Below, in pieces: positions 17,999-27,899 of a stretch of DNA of 39,809 nucleotides. The stretch is from Acidobacteria bacterium CG_4_9_14_3_um_filter_49_7 (GTDB taxonomy: Bacteria; Acidobacteriota; Holophagae; Thermotomaculales; Thermotomaculaceae): the NCBI GenBank assembly GCA_002789615.1, contig PFTO01000166.1, forward strand, positions 7,883 to 47,691, written 5' to 3'. A program made the translations under genes and the position numbers. The notes under the pieces are model-generated. The model was not told where the DNA came from. It made no database searches and saw only the letters and a list, made by a program, of their open reading frames with translations. Position 1 is the stretch's first letter; each line of letters begins with the position of its first letter.

Positions 17999-19237
17999 AT
18001 GACTGCAAGAGAAACTGTTCGCCAATACTTTGAGAACCACCGGGATGAAATCCGGAAAACCATAGTGGATCTGACCCGGGAAATGTGCGCAGAAAAAACC
18101 GTGAATGTCGTTTCGGAAAAGCTGCCGGAATTTCCCTTTCTGAAAATCCGCGGAGAAGAATACCGGGTTGCGAAGATTGTGAAACGGGCAATGGATGAAG
18201 CCAAAATCCCTTACAACGAATACGCCAGGATGGAAGGCAGACCCAATATCATCGGATTACTGGGGAAAAATGCAAACGGGAAACGGCTGATGATACCGGG
18301 GCACATGGATGTGGTACCTGCCGGTGAGGGCTGGGACACCGATCCCTATGAGGTGATTGAAAAAGACGGTTTTCTCTATGGAAGAGGCGTGTTGGACAAC
18401 AAAGGTCCCCTTGCATCCATCCTTGCGGCCGCAATTGTACTAAAAGAAAGCGGCATTGACAATGAACTGGAAGGTCAGCTTCAGATTGCAGCGCTGTCTG
18501 ATGAAGAAGCGGAAGACCCGGACGGGATTGATTATGGAATCGGGTATCTCGTAGACGAAAAACTCGTGGATCCGACCATTTCGATCATTCCTGACATCGG
18601 AGAAAACATGGAGAGAATTGACATTGCCGAGAAGGGACGGACCCTGGTGAAGATTACGGCCATCGGGAAACAGGCCCACGGTTCTACGCCGGAGCTGGGC
18701 ATCAACGCGGTGTACATGATGTCAAAACTCATCAATGAGATTGAGCAACTGAAGTTTGAATACGAGTTGCATCCCGTTCTCGGTGAACCCTCTCTGAACT
18801 TGGGTGAAATCCACGGCGGTGCCGCTCCCAATATTGTGCCAGGGACCTGTTACATCTACCTGGACATCCGCACAGTGCCCGGAATGACAAAAGACAGCGT
18901 GTTAGCTCAACTCCAGGGCTGTGCGGATCGCGTTGTAGGCGGGAAGTTTGAACTGAATTGCATGTCCTGGAACGATGCCCACGGAGTGGATCCGGAAAAC
19001 GAGGTGGTGTATGCGATCCAGCGCAATGCAGAAGAGATCCTGGGATTCAAGCCGGAAACATTCGGAATGGGTGGCGGAACCTATGCCAAAACAATGAACC
19101 TCGCCGGCATCCTGGCAGTGGGCTGGGGTCCCGGAGACGACGAGGCGTATCATGTAGAAAACGAGTACGTTGAAATCAAACAGCTGGTGGACTTCGCTGA
19201 ATTAACCTGTCTTTTAGCCATTGATCTGCTCTCATAA
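17999..19237 (+). CDS. M20-family metallopeptidase (ArgE/DapE-like deacylase)
   Basis: 412 aa. Motifs HMDVVP, GRGVLDNKG and SDEE give the metal ligands and catalytic Glu pattern of M20. AAGGAGG RBS. Confidence 0.85.
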   Translation: MTARETVRQYFENHRDEIRKTIVDLTREMCAEKTVNVVSEKLPEFPFLKIRGEEYRVAKIVKRAMDEAKIPYNEYARMEGRPNIIGLLGKNANGKRLMIPGHMDVVPAGEGWDTDPYEVIEKDGFLYGRGVLDNKGPLASILAAAIVLKESGIDNELEGQLQIAALSDEEAEDPDGIDYGIGYLVDEKLVDPTISIIPDIGENMERIDIAEKGRTLVKITAIGKQAHGSTPELGINAVYMMSKLINEIEQLKFEYELHPVLGEPSLNLGEIHGGAAPNIVPGTCYIYLDIRTVPGMTKDSVLAQLQGCADRVVGGKFELNCMSWNDAHGVDPENEVVYAIQRNAEEILGFKPETFGMGGGTYAKTMNLAGILAVGWGPGDDEAYHVENEYVEIKQLVDFAELTCLLAIDLLS

Positions 19238-19241
19238 GAGA

Positions 19242-19280
19242 GTAGGAGTAGGAGTAGGAGTAGGAGTAGGAGTAGGAGGA
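19242..19280 (+). repeat. (GTAGGA)x6 + GGA perfect hexamer tandem repeat, 4 nt after the M20 peptidase stop
   Basis: Counted directly: six perfect units at 19242-19277. The artefactual VGVGVGVGVGVG in the track ORF 19221.. is its translation. Confidence 0.95.
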
Positions 19281-19406
19281 AGACCGGGAAATGAACAGGC
19301 AATTGTTCGGGCTGAAAAGCTCTCGGCAGGGGCTGGCAAATCAGCCATTCCCTGTCTTTTCTTCACCCAACCTTGCCTTCTGCTCAACCTCAAACCTGGC
19401 CCCAAA

Positions 19407-20303
19407 ATGAGTAACACAGCAATCTCTTCGTTCATCAATTATCTCATTGTGGAGAAGGGATTATCCGCCAACACCATTGAAGCGTATCGGAACGACATCG
19501 TGTTGTTCCAGAATTTTCTGGAACTGGAAAATGTGGACATGGTGTCTGTGGGGGAGGAAACAGTTACCCGCTATGTGGCTTTTCTCTTCAATGCGGGATA
19601 TTCCCCCCGTTCCATCATGCGGTTCAGTTCCAGCCTCCGCCACCTCTACCGCTTCATGGCGGAAGAGGGAATGATTCCGGAAAATCCCACAGACATACTG
19701 GAAACACCCCGGGCATTTCGCCTGCTACCGAAGTATCTGACCGATGGAGAAGTGGAAACCCTGTTGTCGCTGCCGGATGTGGAAACGCCGCTGGGCCAGC
19801 GGGACAAGGCTATAATTGAGCTGTTGTACGCCACCGGCCTTCGGGTATCGGAACTGATCAACTTGAAGGTTAACGACCTGAACATGGCCGATTGCTTCCT
19901 CATTACCTTCGGAAAAGGGGCAAAAGAACGACTGGTACCATTCACCGACACCGCCCGGAACTGGGTGGAACACTATTTGAACGATGGGCGGATTGCCACT
20001 TTGAAAGGGAAAGACAGTTATGTACTTTTTCTAAACCGTTTCGGAAACGCCCTGACCCGACAGGGGTTCTGGAAAATCCTGAAAGCTTATGGCAGAAAAG
20101 CCGGCATTGGGGACAAACTCTCTCCCCACACCCTGCGCCATACCTTTGCCACCCACCTGTTGGAACACGGAGCGGATCTCCGGGCTGTACAGATGATGCT
20201 GGGGCACTCTTCCATCACAACCACAGAAATCTACACCCACATCAGCATGGATAGGCTGAAACAGGTCTATTTCAAATTTCATCCCAGAGCAAATGAAGAA
20301 TAG
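19407..20303 (+). CDS. xerD: site-specific tyrosine recombinase XerD
   Basis: Starts MSNTAISSFINYLIVEKGLSANTIEAYRNDI. Catalytic signature ATGLRVSEL ... HTLRHTFATHLLEHGADLRAVQMMLGHSSITTTEIYTH. The true start is the ATG at 19407, not the TTG at 19221. Confidence 0.9.
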   Translation: MSNTAISSFINYLIVEKGLSANTIEAYRNDIVLFQNFLELENVDMVSVGEETVTRYVAFLFNAGYSPRSIMRFSSSLRHLYRFMAEEGMIPENPTDILETPRAFRLLPKYLTDGEVETLLSLPDVETPLGQRDKAIIELLYATGLRVSELINLKVNDLNMADCFLITFGKGAKERLVPFTDTARNWVEHYLNDGRIATLKGKDSYVLFLNRFGNALTRQGFWKILKAYGRKAGIGDKLSPHTLRHTFATHLLEHGADLRAVQMMLGHSSITTTEIYTHISMDRLKQVYFKFHPRANEE

Positions 20304-20311
20304 GGGCCAGC

Positions 20312-20331
20312 AGGGCGGCACAAGCCGCCCT
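20312..20331 (+). terminator. hairpin after xerD (AGGGCGGC-ACAA-GCCGCCCT)
   Basis: 8-bp GC-rich stem with a tetraloop, 9 nt after the xerD stop. The downstream T tract is weak. Confidence 0.5.
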
Positions 20332-20376
20332 CATCCGTCTTTCAGCGTCATTAAATCCCTGACCCTTTTGAATGAA

Positions 20377-20422
20377 CAATCGGTTCCAGCGGACGGCGTA
20401 GCGCCGCCGCTGGAACCGATTG
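20377..20422. terminator. long perfect hairpin between convergent xerD and katG (16-bp arms)
   Basis: caatcggttccagcgg (20377-20392) is the exact reverse complement of ccgctggaaccgattg (20407-20422). The loop can extend the pairing (cggcg/cgccg). Confidence 0.6.
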
Positions 20423-20469
20423 TCAGCTGACCATTTTTTCGCTTTCCTGTCAAAAGCCCTTAATGTGGC

Positions 20470-22683
<2,214 letters not shown>

Positions 22684-22806
22684 TCAGGTTTGGATTTGTA
22701 CAGCATGAACAACCCGATCGGGAATCTGTTCCCCTGCGGTCAGAGAAGTCTGATTATCTGCGACGGGTATTCCCGCAACTGTCGTTAATGTTTTGTGTTT
22801 ACTCAT
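22684..22806 (-). pseudogene. relic of a monofunctional (KatA/KatE-type) catalase: 40 codons with an internal deletion and premature end
   Basis: Hand translation of the minus strand gives MSKHKTLTTVAGIPVADNQTSLTAGEQIPDRVVHAVQIQT*, preceded by AAGGAG. It matches the catalase N-terminus consensus (..LTT..G.PV.DNQNS.TAG ... R[IV]PERVVHAKG). About 20 residues between TAG and RIPERVVHA are missing, and everything after VVHA is missing. Confidence 0.7.
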
Positions 22807-22920
22807 TTTTTGTTTTCTCCTTAAATGACTGATTATTTCTCAAAACCACCACGTACCCGGTAAGCATCCGCCGTGGAGTGATGGCTGAATATCTGTCACG
22901 CCACCCGGGCGGTAACTCAC

Positions 22921-23415
22921 CTACCGCTTCATCATGATTTCAAAGTCTTCAAAAAGAGACTGTAAATCTTCTTCGTGTTCGACTTCATCCTGAAGAATCT
23001 GCAACACGATGTTGTATGTGACCGGATCCTTCATCATGGTGATCTCGAGGATGTTTTTATACACTCCGATTGCGCATTGTTCTCCCTTGATGTTCTGATT
23101 CAGGATGGTCTCCACAAATGAGTCATCCGGTGCATCATAGCCGCAGTTGGTCATGTCGTACCACTTCTTCGGCTCAATTACAGGCGTTCCACCGAGCTGG
23201 ACAATCCGCAAAGCCAGCATGTCTGCGTGGCGCAGTTCATCCATGGCATGTTGCAGCAACTCGGCAATAACCGCCTCTTTCATTGGCCCTTTGACCACCC
23301 TTGCGCCGAGCCAGTATTGATAATAGGCAAACCACTCATCAGAAAAAGCCCGGTTGAGCAGGTTCAATAGTTCCTGAACATCCATTCCGACAATTTCAAT
23401 CCCTTTACTTCCCAT
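22921..23415 (-). CDS. ferritin-like, Dps-like (DPSL / bacterioferritin-related) protein
   Basis: 164 aa. Ferritin-like di-iron motifs are present (E..YY.YW, DELRHA, LQDEVEHEEDL), plus two Cys (TNCGY, EQCAIG) as in DPSL-type proteins. GGAGGA RBS. Confidence 0.75.
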   Translation of the reverse strand: MGSKGIEIVGMDVQELLNLLNRAFSDEWFAYYQYWLGARVVKGPMKEAVIAELLQHAMDELRHADMLALRIVQLGGTPVIEPKKWYDMTNCGYDAPDDSFVETILNQNIKGEQCAIGVYKNILEITMMKDPVTYNIVLQILQDEVEHEEDLQSLFEDFEIMMKR

Positions 23416-23499
23416 TTTATTCCTCCTTTCCTTCTTTTGCGTTCACACAGCAGTAAAATGAACGAAAATCCGGAATTTATTTATTTGTAACCTGACCTT

Positions 23500-23532
23500 A
23501 ATAAGCATAATTCTTATTTATGACCTTGTCAA
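23500..23532 (-). promoter_or_regulatory. promoter of the DPSL gene (TTGACA-17-TATGCT) with an embedded 19-bp palindrome AATAAG-N7-CTTATT; candidate Fur/PerR-family operator
   Basis: On the minus strand the -35 lies at 23532-23527 and the -10 at 23509-23504. The perfect 6-7-6 inverted repeat at 23500-23518 overlaps the spacer and the -10. Confidence 0.45.
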
Positions 23533-23647
23533 ATGATTCTTCACAATTATCTGAACCGCCTGTTGTTGAAGGCAATTATCTTTACTCTGAGGCCGGACTC
23601 AGCGTAAACCTCTGAACATGAGGACCTTCTCTTCAGTTTCTCACAAA

Positions 23648-26600
23648 TTATCTCTCATTTAGTCCGCTCTTAATGGACTGCCCCTGTTCAGTTTGTTTCC
23701 GCCGAAACGTCAGCTTCCGCCACAACCCTTCAAAACTGAACTGGCGCCATGCCCAGCCCATCCATTTAATAAGGGAATGGGCCAGCCACAACGCCCAGGC
23801 TAACATCAGGAAACGGTAAAACCATATTGAAATGGACAACACCCAGACTTCGGGAAGTCTTCCCGCCGAAAAATCCTGATACCATCGAAGATAATCCATA
23901 CTGGAGCCATTCCCGACAATGTACATTTCCGGCCGGCCCATCAGCCCGGCGTAAACAATGGCCAGCAGAATGCCAAGGGCAATGCAGGTGAGCGCCACCA
24001 GTCCCAGCTGGAGAAAATCAAATTTCCACGGGCTCAGCTCCCGGCTGTGTTCACTGCCTCGGAATGCCAGCAGAGAAAACCAGCCGACAATGAAAATGGA
24101 CTGAATCAGCCCCCCCTGGGTTAACCCCACTCCCAGCAGTATCCACTCCCAGCGGGAAAGGGGGGAACCGGGGATTGCCCCGAGAATGAAGGCAACAAGG
24201 ATCATTAACAGGAAAATACTCCAGAACCGTACAGCCGGCCCCTCAGTGGGGCCACCCACAAACAGCGGCCAGCGGTCATGGGGTAAAGAAATGTCAGTTT
24301 TAATATTTGCCGCCTCTGTGGCAAGTCCAACTGACGCCGTTCCCGTCCACATACCCAGTGTTCTCATTTCTTTCAAGTCAATTCGAATGTGCTGTTTTTG
24401 AGGTACCAACGGCAATATCAACCGCTTATCTTCCCGCTGTACCGGCACCATAGATTCATCCCTCTTTATGGTTTCCACCTTCATACCATCCGGCAACGTC
24501 AGTGAAAAATCCTGGCCCAGACTGCTGTTCACGTCCAGCTCCAGGATGGTTTTTCGCACCCGGGAACCGACGCTGATCCTCCTGGAAATTTTACTGACCG
24601 TTGCAGTGGGACCGGGAATGGCTTCCGGCCGGGTGATGTATAACACCATGGATTCCCCTGGCCAGGGCTTCCATAACGGGGTGTCCCCGTAGCCTTCCAG
24701 TTCGTAAACAGCTGTGCCCTCCCCGGTCTCCACATGCCAGACCGGAGACGCGGTAACGCCCCAGGTTTCCACCCAGCGTGCCGCGTCTGCGGCTTTCAAG
24801 TTAAGGATTGAAGTAACTGCTAACCTGCTTTCCCACACAAAAGAATCCTGGTCGGCTGACAAGCTGACAGCTATTTTTCCGTCCTTGATCTTGCTGTCGT
24901 CCGACGAAAGGACTTGCTCCCCTTCGAGAAGCGGCAGCAGCAGCGAAATCGCTTTTCCCTTCGCCGACAATCGGTAAACGGTAGTCTGAACGTGCCAGTT
25001 CATTCCCAGTTCCAGGAAACGCTGCACTGACACCAGTGGTTCTGTGGCAATCAAACCAAAATCATCCCCGGAATTTCCGGTTTTCCGTACTTTTCGGGAA
25101 AAGAATATCTGCTTTTCCGGTACATTGTTTTTCCCAATTCCAGTAACAGCCCAACCCGGGGCATGGATCGTGAGATAGTGGGGTTTCAGCAGGTAACTCC
25201 ACTCCCAGTCTGCCGCCGCGGGGATCATGCCGTCCAACTGAACGCTGTGAATTCCTTTCGGTACAAGGAGCCACAGGTAGCCGTTTTTCCGCATCACAAT
25301 GGCCTTGCCACCATCCACGGTAACAGAAACCGGAGACCATACCGGCAATTGCCCCGGCAATGGAACCGCAGTCTGGATCATGGCACTGATTTCCAGTCGG
25401 CAACGGAGGCGTCCATTTCCCACTGTCAGGGAAGCGCTGGAAATGTCCGCGCAGACCGGGTAGCAGGGTGCCGGCCTTGTCAACCGGTGTTTCAATTGTT
25501 TCAACAGGGTCTGATCGGGCATCTGAGCCCGGATGGGCAGGACAAAAAGGACAAGAATGGCTACTGCTGCGACCCGTTTCCATTTGAAGGATCGGGGCCA
25601 ACTCAGCGGCACGCCCAGCATCAGGGCCACCATCCAGCCCACAAGAATCAGCATCGTAAGCACCAGTATTTTTCTCAGAAGAGGGGGAATCAGAATGGGC
25701 CGTATCTTTTCGGAAGCCGTCACCGGGCCGCTCCACGTCAGAGACATAACGTTACCAGTCCACTGGGGAATACCAGGACCGGTTTGAATCCGGGCATCCG
25801 GCGAAAGTGCCAGGTTCTGTTGTGAATAATAATTTTGTCTCCCCTTACCTCCGGAAAACGAATCAGACACTGGCGCTGCCGCCGACACTTCCTCCATGGA
25901 CAGCTCTTGGTTCACATATTCCATTTTCTTTTTCTCTGCCGGGGGGCTTTTCAGTGCTCTCCGCATTGTTCTGTGGGACTGAATGAAAGAAAACATTGCG
26001 TGGGTCGGGTCCAGTTGGGGATAGAGAACCGACTGAATCTCCCGCCCGAAAAACGGTACAAGAATCAGAATCAATGAAAGAATCGCCAGATTCCGCCACC
26101 AAACCACCAATTTCCGCATTCGGCCCTCCGGCACAACCCGGAGCAGGGCCAGGGGCATCAGAAGGAAAAACCAGCTGTACCGTGCTGCTCCCGGTTCGTG
26201 GAAACTGAGCGCAAAGCCAAAAAAGACCACAACAGCTGATTTCACACCCCACAGCCGGTAAGCGGCCAGGGAAAAAAGCAGCAACAGGAAAAGATCCAGC
26301 AACGTCCACGCGCTGACCCAGTCTCCCCGGACCTGTTCCGCGCCGGGACAGAAAAACAATCGCCAGCCCGGGGGAAGATGCAGGCTCATAGACAACTTGT
26401 CCACATCGGTGAGCCAACCTACAGCCGGTATCGGACCCCGTTTCGGGATACGTCCAACCGCTTCCAGTTTTACCTTGTTTGTTCGAATCTCCACCCCAGC
26501 GTTCCCGGTAGCAGGATTGCGGGTAATCAATTGTCCCTTGCCGTCCATTCTTATCCGTCCTGGAATCTCAGAAGGGGACACATCCAGGCGCCGGGTCTTG

Positions 26601-27694
26601 TTCAGGTTCCCGTTCATGGTGTCCTGATAGATAAAACCATTTCCTTTTTCCCGCAACCAAAGGTTTCTTTTCAGGAAGATTTCCCGGGGAACCGCACTGC
26701 TGCTGTTTCCCTTCATCCGCTCCTTCAACACCAGGGGATTTTTGTGGTCCCATTGGTAAACCGGATAAGACTTCCATGTGGCAGGGATGCTGGTCTGACT
26801 CGGGTCAATTTGTGGTGCACCGGTGATGTCCAGCAGACGAAATGCCGGATCTCCCTCAAACGCCACGTACTCGCTGTGAAAAATCGGTGATAAATCTGCT
26901 GAAAATGAGAGAGAGGTAATGTCGTGGGTCCGAAAGGATCTTAGCTCAACGTTCCATGTACCCGACCTCACCTGGACAGTCAGTTTCCCTTCTGAATCCA
27001 CTGCAGCAGGCAGCTTGCTCATCACACTTGACAGTTGCCAGCCCGCCGGCAGTACGGTCCCCATTTTTTCTTCCCGGCTTCGCCCCGACACACGAATCTC
27101 TATATGCGTGGTCAGCCAGAGGGGGATTCCGTCTTTCAGAAGACGATATGCCTTGATCTCCATTGCATCCTTATCTGCCCGGGTCTCCTGACGTCGCTTC
27201 AACCACAACCGCCCCTGGTTGTCCAGCGCCGGGAAAGGGATATTCTTCCCTGCGACGCTCAGACGGATAATGCCTGCTGCAGGGGGGATGGTAATTTTCT
27301 GGGGAATGGCCGCCCATCTGAATTTTCCAGCTATAGTTGCCGTGCCCGGTTTCAATCGAACCATGGGGCGTCCATTGGACAACACCACCGGTACCGGTCG
27401 TCCATCCACCCTTACATCCACCGGCCAGAGTTCATCGTCGCCCGGAAGAGCCAGGCCAACATCCCGGAAAACGCGGACTTCCTGGGAGAAGATTCCACCA
27501 CGGGCTGACGCCTGAATCTTCAACGCACCGGGCCACAGACATAGATGGGTTTTCGCGTCATTGTACGGGGAGGGACAATTGGCATCAGGACTGTCCCACA
27601 TGACCCAGCCGGTCCAGGGTTTCAGCGGTTCGGGGATCGTGTTTCCCGCCATCAACGGACTCGCCGCAAGCAATAAAAAGAGTACTAGTTTCAT
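23648..27694 (-). CDS. very large (1348 aa) signal-peptide-bearing polytopic membrane protein, internally duplicated, unknown function
   Basis: Longest ORF in the window. Signal peptide MKLVLFLLLAASPLMAG. There are two large non-hydrophobic regions, each followed by a cluster of hydrophobic helices. No motif of a family I can name. Confidence 0.8.
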   Translation of the reverse strand: MKLVLFLLLAASPLMAGNTIPEPLKPWTGWVMWDSPDANCPSPYNDAKTHLCLWPGALKIQASARGGIFSQEVRVFRDVGLALPGDDELWPVDVRVDGRPVPVVLSNGRPMVRLKPGTATIAGKFRWAAIPQKITIPPAAGIIRLSVAGKNIPFPALDNQGRLWLKRRQETRADKDAMEIKAYRLLKDGIPLWLTTHIEIRVSGRSREEKMGTVLPAGWQLSSVMSKLPAAVDSEGKLTVQVRSGTWNVELRSFRTHDITSLSFSADLSPIFHSEYVAFEGDPAFRLLDITGAPQIDPSQTSIPATWKSYPVYQWDHKNPLVLKERMKGNSSSAVPREIFLKRNLWLREKGNGFIYQDTMNGNLNKTRRLDVSPSEIPGRIRMDGKGQLITRNPATGNAGVEIRTNKVKLEAVGRIPKRGPIPAVGWLTDVDKLSMSLHLPPGWRLFFCPGAEQVRGDWVSAWTLLDLFLLLLFSLAAYRLWGVKSAVVVFFGFALSFHEPGAARYSWFFLLMPLALLRVVPEGRMRKLVVWWRNLAILSLILILVPFFGREIQSVLYPQLDPTHAMFSFIQSHRTMRRALKSPPAEKKKMEYVNQELSMEEVSAAAPVSDSFSGGKGRQNYYSQQNLALSPDARIQTGPGIPQWTGNVMSLTWSGPVTASEKIRPILIPPLLRKILVLTMLILVGWMVALMLGVPLSWPRSFKWKRVAAVAILVLFVLPIRAQMPDQTLLKQLKHRLTRPAPCYPVCADISSASLTVGNGRLRCRLEISAMIQTAVPLPGQLPVWSPVSVTVDGGKAIVMRKNGYLWLLVPKGIHSVQLDGMIPAAADWEWSYLLKPHYLTIHAPGWAVTGIGKNNVPEKQIFFSRKVRKTGNSGDDFGLIATEPLVSVQRFLELGMNWHVQTTVYRLSAKGKAISLLLPLLEGEQVLSSDDSKIKDGKIAVSLSADQDSFVWESRLAVTSILNLKAADAARWVETWGVTASPVWHVETGEGTAVYELEGYGDTPLWKPWPGESMVLYITRPEAIPGPTATVSKISRRISVGSRVRKTILELDVNSSLGQDFSLTLPDGMKVETIKRDESMVPVQREDKRLILPLVPQKQHIRIDLKEMRTLGMWTGTASVGLATEAANIKTDISLPHDRWPLFVGGPTEGPAVRFWSIFLLMILVAFILGAIPGSPLSRWEWILLGVGLTQGGLIQSIFIVGWFSLLAFRGSEHSRELSPWKFDFLQLGLVALTCIALGILLAIVYAGLMGRPEMYIVGNGSSMDYLRWYQDFSAGRLPEVWVLSISIWFYRFLMLAWALWLAHSLIKWMGWAWRQFSFEGLWRKLTFRRKQTEQGQSIKSGLNER

Positions 27695-27732
27695 GGAATG
27701 CCATCCTTTTGGAGATTGGTTTACTGTTTGAA

Positions 27733-27761
27733 TGATAAAACAGTGAGAAAGCCCGCGTCAA
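27733..27761 (-). promoter_or_regulatory. possible own promoter of the 1348-aa gene (TTGACG-17-TTATCA)
   Basis: Hexamers on the minus strand at 27761-27756 and 27738-27733, about 40 nt upstream of the ATG. Pattern match only. Confidence 0.3.
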
Positions 27762-27846
27762 GTAAAGAAGCCGACCGGAAGCCGGGCGACCTACTGATTG
27801 ATGCGGTTTTGCCAGAACGATTCCAGAAGATACTCCAAATCAAACT

Positions 27847-27879
27847 AAGACGGAGCGCCATTCAGCGCTCCGCCGTCTT
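27847..27879 (-). terminator. GC-rich hairpin after the bd-like oxidase operon
   Basis: CGGAGCGC (27851-27858) / GCGCTCCG (27865-27872) form an 8-bp stem with a 6-nt loop and extra flanking pairs. It lies about 20 nt downstream of the 27900 stop and has T-rich flanks on both strands. Confidence 0.45.
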
Positions 27880-27899
27880 TCTATTTCTTTTCCATTTTT

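Noticed and set aside
19221-19406. N-terminal 62-codon extension of the xerD ORF (MICSHKRVGVGVGVGVGVGG...)
   Set aside because: It starts at a TTG overlapping the peptidase stop. The VG repeats are simply the translation of the (GTAGGA)6 array. XerD homology begins at the ATG at 19407.
24186-27603. Many 60-220-aa ORFs on the plus strand and in other minus-strand frames inside the 1348-aa gene (e.g. 25163..25825, 25062..25736, 25863..26417, 26378..26890, 27035..27508)
   Set aside because: These are shadow ORFs of a long real gene. Their composition is Arg/Pro/Gly-rich, they lack RBSs, and they all overlap the single continuous 4-kb frame.
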